64,000 bases of DNA from an uncultured bacterium. GTDB lineage: Bacteria; Patescibacteriota; Minisyncoccia; Phycocordibacterales; GWA1-40-21. Below the pieces are notes generated by a model. That model was given only the letters and a program-made list of their open reading frames with translations, searched no databases and was not told the origin of the DNA. Where the stretch lies: positions 68,315 to 132,314 of the forward strand of contig CAWCTC010000001.1 of assembly GCA_963798465.1 (NCBI GenBank), given 5' to 3'. Below, in pieces: positions 35,542-43,826 of the stretch; the stretch's first letter is position 1; each line of letters opens with the position of its first letter. A program made the position numbers and the translations under genes.

Positions 35542-36072
35542 ATGAGTGGACATAATAAATTTTCAAAAATAAAAAGATTAAAAGCAAAGACTGATGCACA
35601 AAAAAGCTCGGTTTTTACTAAGTTTGCAAAAATGCTTCAAATGGAAGCAAAAAAAGTTAACGGCAATATTAGTTCTCCAAGTTTAAAAGCTGTTATAGAT
35701 AGAGCAAAAGCTGCAGACATGCCAAATGATTCTATTGATAGAGCAATAAAGAAAGCTATGGGAGCAAATGAAGCTGATATGGAAACAATTACTTATGAAG
35801 CTTATGGACCTGCCGGAGTCGCTATCATGATAGAAGCTTTGACTTCAAACAGAAATAAAGCAGCAGCAGAAGTAAAACATATTCTTTCACAAAACAATAC
35901 TTCCCTTGCAAGTTCTGGTAGTGCATCTTGGGCATTTGAAAAAACTGCGGAAGGTTGGATGCCAAAAACAATGGTTGTTGTCCCTGAAGAAGATGTTTCA
36001 AAATTGGAAAAATTGATTGATGATCTCGAGAACAATGATGAGGTGCAAGAGATCTATACGAATGCTGAATAA
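35542..36072 (+). CDS. YebC/PmpR-family protein, shortened (176 aa)
   Basis: MSGHNKFSKIKRLKAKTDAQKS..., DMPNDSIDRAIKKA, YEAYGPAGVAIMIEALTSNRNKAAAEV, DDLENNDEVQEIYTN. It appears ~60 aa shorter than typical family members. Confidence 0.8.
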   Translation: MSGHNKFSKIKRLKAKTDAQKSSVFTKFAKMLQMEAKKVNGNISSPSLKAVIDRAKAADMPNDSIDRAIKKAMGANEADMETITYEAYGPAGVAIMIEALTSNRNKAAAEVKHILSQNNTSLASSGSASWAFEKTAEGWMPKTMVVVPEEDVSKLEKLIDDLENNDEVQEIYTNAE

Positions 36073-36081
36073 AATTTATTA

Positions 36082-36127
36082 CGTCGCACTTAAATGACGA
36101 TTGAGCGACGTGATTCCACAAAATCAA
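36082..36127 (+). repeat. 50-nt hairpin motif family, copy B (after yebC)
   Basis: CGTCGCACTTAAATGACGATTGAGCGACGTGATTCCACAAAATCA. Confidence 0.65.
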
Positions 36128-36172
36128 AAAAACCGAGAGATTTTCTCAACATGGAAATTCTTCGGTTTTTTA
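36126..36172 (+). terminator. terminator after yebC
   Basis: A7-CCGAGAGATTTTC...GAAATTCTTCGG-T6 imperfect long hairpin. Confidence 0.55.
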
Positions 36173-36295
36173 ATTGTATTTACGATAAAAAAATTGTAGA
36201 ATTAATCAAAGGATACTAAAAATTAGTCTTTAATCAAAGTCCAATTAGAGGCTTGTTAGATTTATAAAACTAATTATCTCGGTTAAATAAAAAAC

Positions 36296-39200
36296 ATGGA
36301 AAATAAAACACCTCAAACAAAAATAAAACTTCCATATTTTATAATCTCCTGTTTCTTGATGATAATTCTCGCATCCGCGCTCATTTTTATTCCAAAACAG
36401 AATTGGAAGAAAATTTTCAGCTTTAATTTTTTAAATTTTGCCGCAGTTTTTACATCAGCAAGCGGAGGAAATTGGGACAATCCAGCCGTGTGGGGCAATG
36501 CGTATGTCGCTCCAACTCCGTATGACTTGGCCATATCCCCAACAACTGGCGAAATCTATGTCGCTGATAATGGACGAATATTCGTATTGAATCCTGACGG
36601 AACCGCTTCGACGACATATTCGCTAAAATATAATGGAAATGTCGTGGCTACATCAGGCATAGTTTTAAATCAGAACAAGATTTATGTTTCAACAAATCTA
36701 GGAGTAATCTTAGTTCTGAATTCTGATGGCTCAACTTATGCCGCATATGATGGAGGATCATACTCGCCGATAAATCCAAACTCGATTTTTATTTCTAACT
36801 CGGGATATATTTACGCTGCTGATCAAAGTAATAATCGAATAGTTGTGTTGAATCCTGATGGAACCGCCTCAACAACATATCCACTTTCTTTCAGCCCATT
36901 TGCTGTTGCTATTTCAAGTTCAGGCAATATTTATGCATCTGACTTTGCCGGAAAAAAAATTGCTTTGCTGAATCCGAACGGGACTGCTTCAACTACGTAT
37001 GATGGAGGAACTTTTGCTCCGATGTATCCTCAAAATATAACAATATCCAATTCCGGCTATATTTATGTCAGCGATGAAACAAATAACAGAATCGTAGTAT
37101 TGAATCCAGATGGAACTGCTTCAACAACATATGATGGAGGAACTTTTGCTCCAATTAATCCAGAGGGAATAAAAATATCCGCAAATGGAAATATTTATGT
37201 GGCTGACAACACTCATTCAAGAATTGTCGTGTTGAACTCAGATGGAACCGCTTCAACGACATATGAAATAACCCCTACGATAGTAGCCGGCGTAGATTAT
37301 CCGGGAGTAAATGACACTGCAAATATAAGCAATGATATAAAACTTGTTAGCGACGAAAATGTTCGAGACCTAGTGATAGATTCCGGAGGAACTTTGGATT
37401 TAAATGGATATACATTAAATGTTTTCGGCACAATTGATAATCTCGGAACTCTGATTACAAACGGCGGTTCGATTTATCAGATAACATACAGTGATATGAC
37501 CGTTGATTATCCTCTAACTCTCAGCGAGGATACATATGTGAATAATCTTACTCTAGCTTCAGGAGGAACTTTGGATTTGAACGGCTATACAATTTATGTA
37601 AACGGAAACTGGAATAATACTGGAGGCGAGCTTATAAACAACGGCGGAACAGTCGACATGGTTGGAACATCGACACAAAGCATTTTGGGAGGAGAAACTT
37701 TTGAAAATCTTGAAAAAATATCAAATGTTCCATCATCTTTGCTTTTTGATTCTTCAACAACAACGACGATTACAGGAAAATTGACTCTTCAGGGCAATCT
37801 TGATCAGGGTTCGGCAAATCTCCTAACGATTGGCCCGACAGGAGCTCCATATAAATACACAAGTGAAATAGGCGGTTCGGCTCCGGGTCTGGGACAATTC
37901 ATAGTCGCATCATCGGGAGAAATTTATATTTTGGACTCCGACACAAATGGCAATACAAAAATTGATATTTTAAATTCAGACGGAACAGCTTCGACAACAA
38001 TTTCAATACCGGATCTTTCAGGACCGATAGCACTTTCTCAAACCGGAGAAATTTATTATGCAAAAACAAATGACAACAATCATATATATGTCGCCGAACC
38101 TGACGGAAGCGCTTCAACGACAAGCTATACTTTTACTGGAAGCAATGTATATATAAATGGTTTGGCAGTTTCTCCTTCCGGAGAAGTATACGTCGGAGAT
38201 GGAGGAAATAATAAACTTATCATATTAAACCCGGATGGAACGACCGCAACGACAACAAGAATAAATATGAGCGGTGTCAATTCCATAGCACTTTCTCAAA
38301 CTGGAGAAATATATGTTTATACAGGTTCAGATAATATTACAGTTTTAAATTCTGACGGAACTGCAAACACTACATATCATTTCAGCCTGCCGGACTCCAG
38401 CCAAATAGGATATTCCCAAAGAATGATAATTTCACCATCAAATAATATTTACATTGGCGATAGCAGTGGCGACAGGATAGTAACTTTAAATTCTGACGGA
38501 TCATTTGAATCTTCAATTCCATCTTTGGACGGAGTTATTGATATCGGATTGAGTTCATCATCAAAAATCTATGCGAATTCCGGAGGCTATCTGTTCTTAT
38601 TCAATCAAGACGGCTCGCTCGCTTCAAGCTTGCCGACCAGTCTCGAAGGAAATTTCGCAAGGCCGGCAGGAATAGTTCGCGACTCCGCTGGAAATATTTA
38701 TGTGTCGGACTCAAAATTCGAAACTATACAAAAATTCGATCCAAACGGAAACTTCATCAAATTTTTCGATACTTCTGGTCCCGGTGCTCTATCACTGAAA
38801 TTCGGTTATTATTCAGGACAGCTTGCTGTAGATTCTTCGGATGATATTTATGTTACAAGTTCTGATAATAATAAAGTTATAGAATTCAATTCCGATGGCG
38901 AATATTTAGATTCCATATCCATAAATACTCCTCAGGGTGTTGCAGTCGATAGTAGTGGAAATATTTTTGTCTCATCTCAAAGCAGTTCCAATGAAAGCGA
39001 TAATATATTGGTTAAGTTTAATCCAGATTTTTCAATCGCAGCTTCTACAAAGGGACCGTTCGGATTGGCTTCGAATTTCAATCCAACTGGATTAGTCATA
39101 GATCCAACAGGTAAATATATTTATGCCATGGATACCAGCAATGCTCAGATAGTCAAATTAAATCTGTCAGATTTGTCATTTGTATCTGCATCGGACGGAC

Positions 39201-41449
39201 CAGTAGCAAGTCCTTTCGTTTTTCCAATAAGTATGACTTTTGATTCCGCAGGAAATTCATATGTGTCACACCAGACAGGATCGGGTGGATATGTAACAAA
39301 ATTAGATCCAGGTTTCAACTTCGTCGCAGATTTCGGAAAAGTGATATTCGGAGATGGCAGATATGGAGAACTCACTGCTCCAGAACAAATAATGGCTGAC
39401 CCGGAAAATAATATATTCGTCGCGGATGAAGGCGGTATTGTCCAAAAATTTTCACCATCAGCATTTTCTCCTTTCAAAATTTTAAGCACAAATTCAACAA
39501 CAAATACAAACTTCGCTTACTTGTCGGTATCCGGCTCGGATAACATAAGTTCCTTCCCATTTGTTTGTAATGGAATGTGTACAAATGGAGGATACAATTC
39601 GAATTGGACATTCAACAGCAATCAGAATTTGGGAAGAAAATTTAGCAACGGATCTTCTGTCATCACATACACGACAGCAACATCAACCGGTTCCACGACG
39701 ACGCCCATTCTTTCTTCGATAGCTATCGCACCTTTGAATCTTTCTCTGCCGGTAAATTCGACGACAACTTTCGTTTCAACTTTATTGGATCAAAACGGAA
39801 GTCTATTTTCGACCACAACAAACTGGACAACTGCAAGCACTTCAATAGCCACGATAAATGCAAGCGGAACACTTGAGGCGATTTATCCCGGCACCACCAC
39901 AGTTACAGCTTCCGCAGGAACATTGTCGACTTCAACATTAGTCACGGTCACTTATATTCCAGTTTTGACTTCGATAAATATTTCACCACTGAATCCAAAC
40001 GCGATATATGAATCAACAATACAATTTATTTCAAATACACTCGACCAATATGGCAAACCATTTGCCACAACGACAACTTGGACAAGTTCAAGAACTATTG
40101 TTGGAACAATAAATAAAAAAGGATTATTTACTGCGAAGAATAAAAAAGGAACAACTGTAGTCACAGTAACGGCCGGTAAAATATCAACATCAACAACAGT
40201 CAATGTAGCAAAAAAATTCACTGATGAAGGCGTAGCCATAGAAGATGTATCCGTGTCAGCTCCCATGACAACACCTACATCTGCACCAGCAGGAGTTTCA
40301 ACTGGAATAATTCCTTCACAACCAAGTACAACGACCGCATCGACCACTGCAGTTACGGCAACTGAAACAACAACAGCCAGCACGACAAATAATCTCGTTG
40401 AAAGCATAAGAGACAGCATAGTTCAGGGATTGAAAAATTCAATAATTACTCCAGCTGATATACAGACGGTTAAAGAAGTTGTCACAAGTCCTGCAGGAGG
40501 GGTTGTCACAAAAACAGTTACAGCAGCGGGAATTGTCGCAGGTGCCGGCGTTTCAGTATCAGCAGTAGCATTTGCAAATCCAATAACATTTTCAGAACTT
40601 TGGTTGCTTCCTGCAAAATTGTTCGGACTATTGTTAGGAGCTTTGGGTATTCGCAGAAAGCAAAGACCCTGGGGCACCGTTTACGATTCAATCACTAAGC
40701 GTCCTCTTGATCCTGTCTACGTCTCTCTCATAAATGTCGAGACGAACAAAGAAGTGGCAGGAGCAATTACAGATATCGATGGAAGATATGGCTTTCTAGT
40801 TTTGCCGGGCAAATACAGAATTGAAGCCAAGAAAACAAACTACATCGAACCTTCAGTCAAAATGAAAGGAAAATCATTCGATGAAGTCTATAGCGATCTT
40901 TATTTCGGTGAAGATATAAACGTCACTGAAGAAGGCCAAATTATTTCAAAGAATATTCCTATGGATTCTCTTTCATTCGATTGGAATGAATTTGCCAAAA
41001 CTAAGATGAATGTGAATAAGTTTATAAGAGAAAGAGATCTCACATGGGCAAAAATATCTAAAATCGTATTCTTCATCGGTGCCGTAGTTTCATTTATCGC
41101 GGTAATCTTTGCACCAGCTCCTTATAATCTTGCAATAGCAATATTCTATGTATTAGCTTACATACTCAACTACATAGTTTTCAAAAACAAAAAATCTGGA
41201 ACTCTCACGGAAAAATCAACCGGTGCTCCTCTTTCTTTCGCTATCGTAAAGATATTCAGAGAAGGTGAAGATATTCCTCTTACGAAAAAGATTGCTGATA
41301 AGTTTGGAGCTTACTATGCGCTTGTGCCAAAAGGTAAATATTATATCGAAATAGACAAAAAAGAAGGCGATGAAAAATATGATAAAGTATTTAAAACAGA
41401 AGTAATTGATGCAAACAACGGACTTATAAATATGGATTTCATTATATAA
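36296..41449 (+). CDS. giant surface protein (1717 aa): NHL/beta-propeller repeats, Big_2-like Ig domains, Thr-rich linker, C-terminal TM segments with a carboxypeptidase-regulatory-like domain
   Basis: N-terminal TM, then many IYV(A/S)DxxNNRIVVLNPDGTASTTY units. Big_2-like segments include VTASAGTLSTSTLVTV and VTVTAGKISTSTTVNV. The tail has GTVYDSITKRPLDPVYVSLINVETNKEVAGAITDIDGRYGFLVLPGKYRIEA plus TM helices. Confidence 0.75.
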   Translation: MENKTPQTKIKLPYFIISCFLMIILASALIFIPKQNWKKIFSFNFLNFAAVFTSASGGNWDNPAVWGNAYVAPTPYDLAISPTTGEIYVADNGRIFVLNPDGTASTTYSLKYNGNVVATSGIVLNQNKIYVSTNLGVILVLNSDGSTYAAYDGGSYSPINPNSIFISNSGYIYAADQSNNRIVVLNPDGTASTTYPLSFSPFAVAISSSGNIYASDFAGKKIALLNPNGTASTTYDGGTFAPMYPQNITISNSGYIYVSDETNNRIVVLNPDGTASTTYDGGTFAPINPEGIKISANGNIYVADNTHSRIVVLNSDGTASTTYEITPTIVAGVDYPGVNDTANISNDIKLVSDENVRDLVIDSGGTLDLNGYTLNVFGTIDNLGTLITNGGSIYQITYSDMTVDYPLTLSEDTYVNNLTLASGGTLDLNGYTIYVNGNWNNTGGELINNGGTVDMVGTSTQSILGGETFENLEKISNVPSSLLFDSSTTTTITGKLTLQGNLDQGSANLLTIGPTGAPYKYTSEIGGSAPGLGQFIVASSGEIYILDSDTNGNTKIDILNSDGTASTTISIPDLSGPIALSQTGEIYYAKTNDNNHIYVAEPDGSASTTSYTFTGSNVYINGLAVSPSGEVYVGDGGNNKLIILNPDGTTATTTRINMSGVNSIALSQTGEIYVYTGSDNITVLNSDGTANTTYHFSLPDSSQIGYSQRMIISPSNNIYIGDSSGDRIVTLNSDGSFESSIPSLDGVIDIGLSSSSKIYANSGGYLFLFNQDGSLASSLPTSLEGNFARPAGIVRDSAGNIYVSDSKFETIQKFDPNGNFIKFFDTSGPGALSLKFGYYSGQLAVDSSDDIYVTSSDNNKVIEFNSDGEYLDSISINTPQGVAVDSSGNIFVSSQSSSNESDNILVKFNPDFSIAASTKGPFGLASNFNPTGLVIDPTGKYIYAMDTSNAQIVKLNLSDLSFVSASDGPVASPFVFPISMTFDSAGNSYVSHQTGSGGYVTKLDPGFNFVADFGKVIFGDGRYGELTAPEQIMADPENNIFVADEGGIVQKFSPSAFSPFKILSTNSTTNTNFAYLSVSGSDNISSFPFVCNGMCTNGGYNSNWTFNSNQNLGRKFSNGSSVITYTTATSTGSTTTPILSSIAIAPLNLSLPVNSTTTFVSTLLDQNGSLFSTTTNWTTASTSIATINASGTLEAIYPGTTTVTASAGTLSTSTLVTVTYIPVLTSINISPLNPNAIYESTIQFISNTLDQYGKPFATTTTWTSSRTIVGTINKKGLFTAKNKKGTTVVTVTAGKISTSTTVNVAKKFTDEGVAIEDVSVSAPMTTPTSAPAGVSTGIIPSQPSTTTASTTAVTATETTTASTTNNLVESIRDSIVQGLKNSIITPADIQTVKEVVTSPAGGVVTKTVTAAGIVAGAGVSVSAVAFANPITFSELWLLPAKLFGLLLGALGIRRKQRPWGTVYDSITKRPLDPVYVSLINVETNKEVAGAITDIDGRYGFLVLPGKYRIEAKKTNYIEPSVKMKGKSFDEVYSDLYFGEDINVTEEGQIISKNIPMDSLSFDWNEFAKTKMNVNKFIRERDLTWAKISKIVFFIGAVVSFIAVIFAPAPYNLAIAIFYVLAYILNYIVFKNKKSGTLTEKSTGAPLSFAIVKIFREGEDIPLTKKIADKFGAYYALVPKGKYYIEIDKKEGDEKYDKVFKTEVIDANNGLINMDFII

Positions 41450-41463
41450 GTACGCATATAATT

Positions 41464-41506
41464 AAAACAAAAACCGTTTTTCTTTAAGAAAAACGGCTTT
41501 TGTTTT
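41464..41506 (+). terminator. terminator after the giant protein gene
   Basis: AAAACAAAAACCGTTTTTC-TTTAA-GAAAAACGGCTTTTGTTTT. Confidence 0.7.
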
Positions 41507-41621
41507 ATATCTTGAGTTATCAACAGTTTGAGGTATTTGCTTTTTTTAAAAAATTTTGGAGAATGTATCTACTAGCCCATTCGGGCAAAATTATTTAGCA
41601 AAATAAGATAATAAAATTAAG

Positions 41622-41894
41622 ATGGGCAAAAATAAGAAAATTAAAAAAACAAAAAAAATCGCCGAACCTGAAAATAAAAATTCTAAAAAAGAGATTGGAA
41701 AGGAAAAAGTCGACATAGACGAAGAAGAGAAAGAAAAGGAAGGCGGCGCACTATCAGATGGAGTTTTGGATGCATTTGAAGAAGTCGCTCCAGTCGATCC
41801 CCTGCTTGAGATTGAAGAAGAAGATACTTTGGCCGAAGAAGATGACGATGACGAATTTGATTCAGGCGATTACAAGCCTTCGGATGAGTGGTAA
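41622..41894 (+). CDS. small Lys-rich/acidic hypothetical protein (90 aa)
   Basis: MGKNKKIKKTKKIAEPENKNSKKE...EEDDDDEFDSGDYKPSDEW, low complexity, with a terminator downstream. Confidence 0.4.
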   Translation: MGKNKKIKKTKKIAEPENKNSKKEIGKEKVDIDEEEKEKEGGALSDGVLDAFEEVAPVDPLLEIEEEDTLAEEDDDDEFDSGDYKPSDEW

Positions 41895-41926
41895 ATTTTA
41901 TAACTTAGAAGATATAAATAAATATA

Positions 41927-41955
41927 AAAGGCGGGCCGTAAACGGCCCGCCTTTT
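41927..41955. terminator. bidirectional terminator between 41622 gene and ruvC
   Basis: AAAAGGCGGGCCG-TAAA-CGGCCCGCCTTTT. Confidence 0.7.
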
Positions 41956-41956
41956 A

Positions 41957-42433
41957 TTAATAATTTCTTACACTGGCAAAATATGTCAGCCCCGCAGCTA
42001 TTGCATCATATTCATCGTCATATTTTATTTCTTTTTTTATCTCAATAAGTTTCTTCACCATTTCTGTAACCTGACTTTTTTCACTTTTACCATATCCTGT
42101 CACAGCAATTTTTATTTCCATCGGGGAAAATTCTTTTACAGAAAGTCCTGCGACCGCTGCAACATAAAGCATTACTCCCCTCGCCTCCGAAACATGCATC
42201 GCAGTCTTCTGATTATTCTGAAAAAATAAAGTTTCAATCGCCATCGCTTCCGGCTTGTATTTTTTTATCAACATTTCAATTTCCTGTCCGATTAATTTTA
42301 ATCTTTCACCGTGTGGAATTTTTGCAGAAGTTTTAAAACATTCAGAAAAAACCAAAATTTCTTTTCCGGAAACTTTTTCTATTATCGCCACACCCATTCT
42401 TTCATAACCTGGGTCGATTGCTATGACTTTCAT
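41957..42433 (-). CDS. ruvC: crossover junction endodeoxyribonuclease RuvC
   Basis: MKVIAIDPGYERMGVAIIEK... I chose the start at 42433; the six extra codons MKFHYR of the track ORF come from the palindromic element. Confidence 0.85.
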   Translation of the reverse strand: MKVIAIDPGYERMGVAIIEKVSGKEILVFSECFKTSAKIPHGERLKLIGQEIEMLIKKYKPEAMAIETLFFQNNQKTAMHVSEARGVMLYVAAVAGLSVKEFSPMEIKIAVTGYGKSEKSQVTEMVKKLIEIKKEIKYDDEYDAIAAGLTYFASVRNY

Positions 42434-42578
42434 CCTGTAGTGAAATTTCAAATTGTTTTTATATTGCTATATACACAATTTAAAACTTAAGTTTTATTTA
42501 CTAATAATATCTCGACATAAACCAACCCCGCATAAAAACAAAGCAATGATTTGAAATTCTACTACGGGATTCATATAG
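42432..42578 (-). repeat. ~145-bp palindromic element, copy 2, filling the tyrS-ruvC intergenic space
   Basis: Arms at 42432-42467 and 42543-42570. The shared right flank TCATATA includes the tyrS stop codon. The left arm ends in the ruvC ATG. Confidence 0.8.
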
Positions 42579-43765
42579 TAATTTTAACAAACCTCTTCTT
42601 ACCTATTTTAAGAGTAATTCCACTATGTATTTTGAAATTCACATCTGTAATTTTTTCTCCAGAAACCGCATTACTTATCGCATTTTCTGTCACAAGTCTT
42701 CTAAAATCAGTTTTTGAAGAAACAATTTTATTTTCTACTAATAAATCAATCAAAGATTTACCATTCTCAACTTTTATTTCCTCCATATTTTCAGGTAATC
42801 CACCTTTTTGAAAAGTATTAATAAAGTCATTTTCTGCTTTTTTCGCTTCTTTTTCGGAATGATAAAATTTAACAAGCTCATAAGCCAGTTTCATTTTTAT
42901 GTCTTTTGGATTAGTGCCAGATTCTAAATCTTTTTTATATTGTTCAATAATATTTGTATCAACTCTTGTAGTAAAAATAAAATACTTAATAATATAATCA
43001 TCTCTTAATGACAATATTTTTCCATACATATCACTTGGAGAATCAAAAAGATTTACAGTATTTCCCCAACTTGAACTCATTTTTCTACCATCCAAACCTT
43101 CAATAATAGGATTAGTAATAATATTTTGTGGTTCTTGTTTATAATGTCTTTGTAATTCTCTTCCTGCTAATATATTAAATTTTTGATCGCTTCCCCCAAT
43201 TTCAACGTCCGCTTTAATAGCAACGGAATCATATCCTTGCATAAGTGGATACAATAATTCTCGGAGTGATACTCTTTTCCCTGCATCAAGTCTTTTTTTA
43301 ATATTTTCTCTTGAAATAAAGTTACTCAATGAAAAGACATTCGCTTGTTCACAAATTTCATTATATCCAAGTTTTCCAAGCCATTTACTATTGTAGTGAA
43401 TTTCACATTTTTTTATATCGATAATTTTACTAGCTTGAGCTATATAACTTTTCATATTATTTTTTACCTGATCTTTTGAAAGCATTGGCCTTTCACTTTC
43501 TTTATCAGAAGTATCACCAATCACAGCTGTAAAATCACCGATAATCCAAACTATTTTATGTCCTAATTCTTGAAATTGACGTAATTTTAATAAGGGTATA
43601 GACCTGCCTAAATGTATATTTGGACTTGTTGGATCAATCCCTAGTTTTATGCGTAATTGTTTACCACTTTTAAGTTGTTGCTTCTAAATTATCTTTTTCA
43701 ATAATTTCTTCAACTCCACGAGTTAGAATTTCTTGAATTTTCTTTGGATCAGTATCAATTTTCAT
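42571..43765 (-). pseudogene. tyrS: tyrosine--tRNA ligase, one frameshift near codon 30
   Basis: MKIDTDPKKIQEILTRGVEEIIEKDNLEA/QQLKSGKQLRIKLGIDPTSPNIHLGRSIPLLKL... continues into ORF 42571-43524, which has KMSSSWGN (KMSKS-like) and a C-terminal S4-like region. The shift is near 43675. Confidence 0.85.
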
Positions 43766-43810
43766 ATATCAAATCTATCATAAAAATTAGTTTTTTTCTA
43801 TCGGCTAAAA

Positions 43811-43819
43811 TGTTATAAT
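43811..43819 (+). promoter_or_regulatory. extended -10 box (TGtTATAAT) 7 nt upstream of the PBP1A ATG
   Basis: AAAATGTTATAATttgtttcATG; no SD. Confidence 0.5.
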
Positions 43820-43826
43820 TTGTTTC

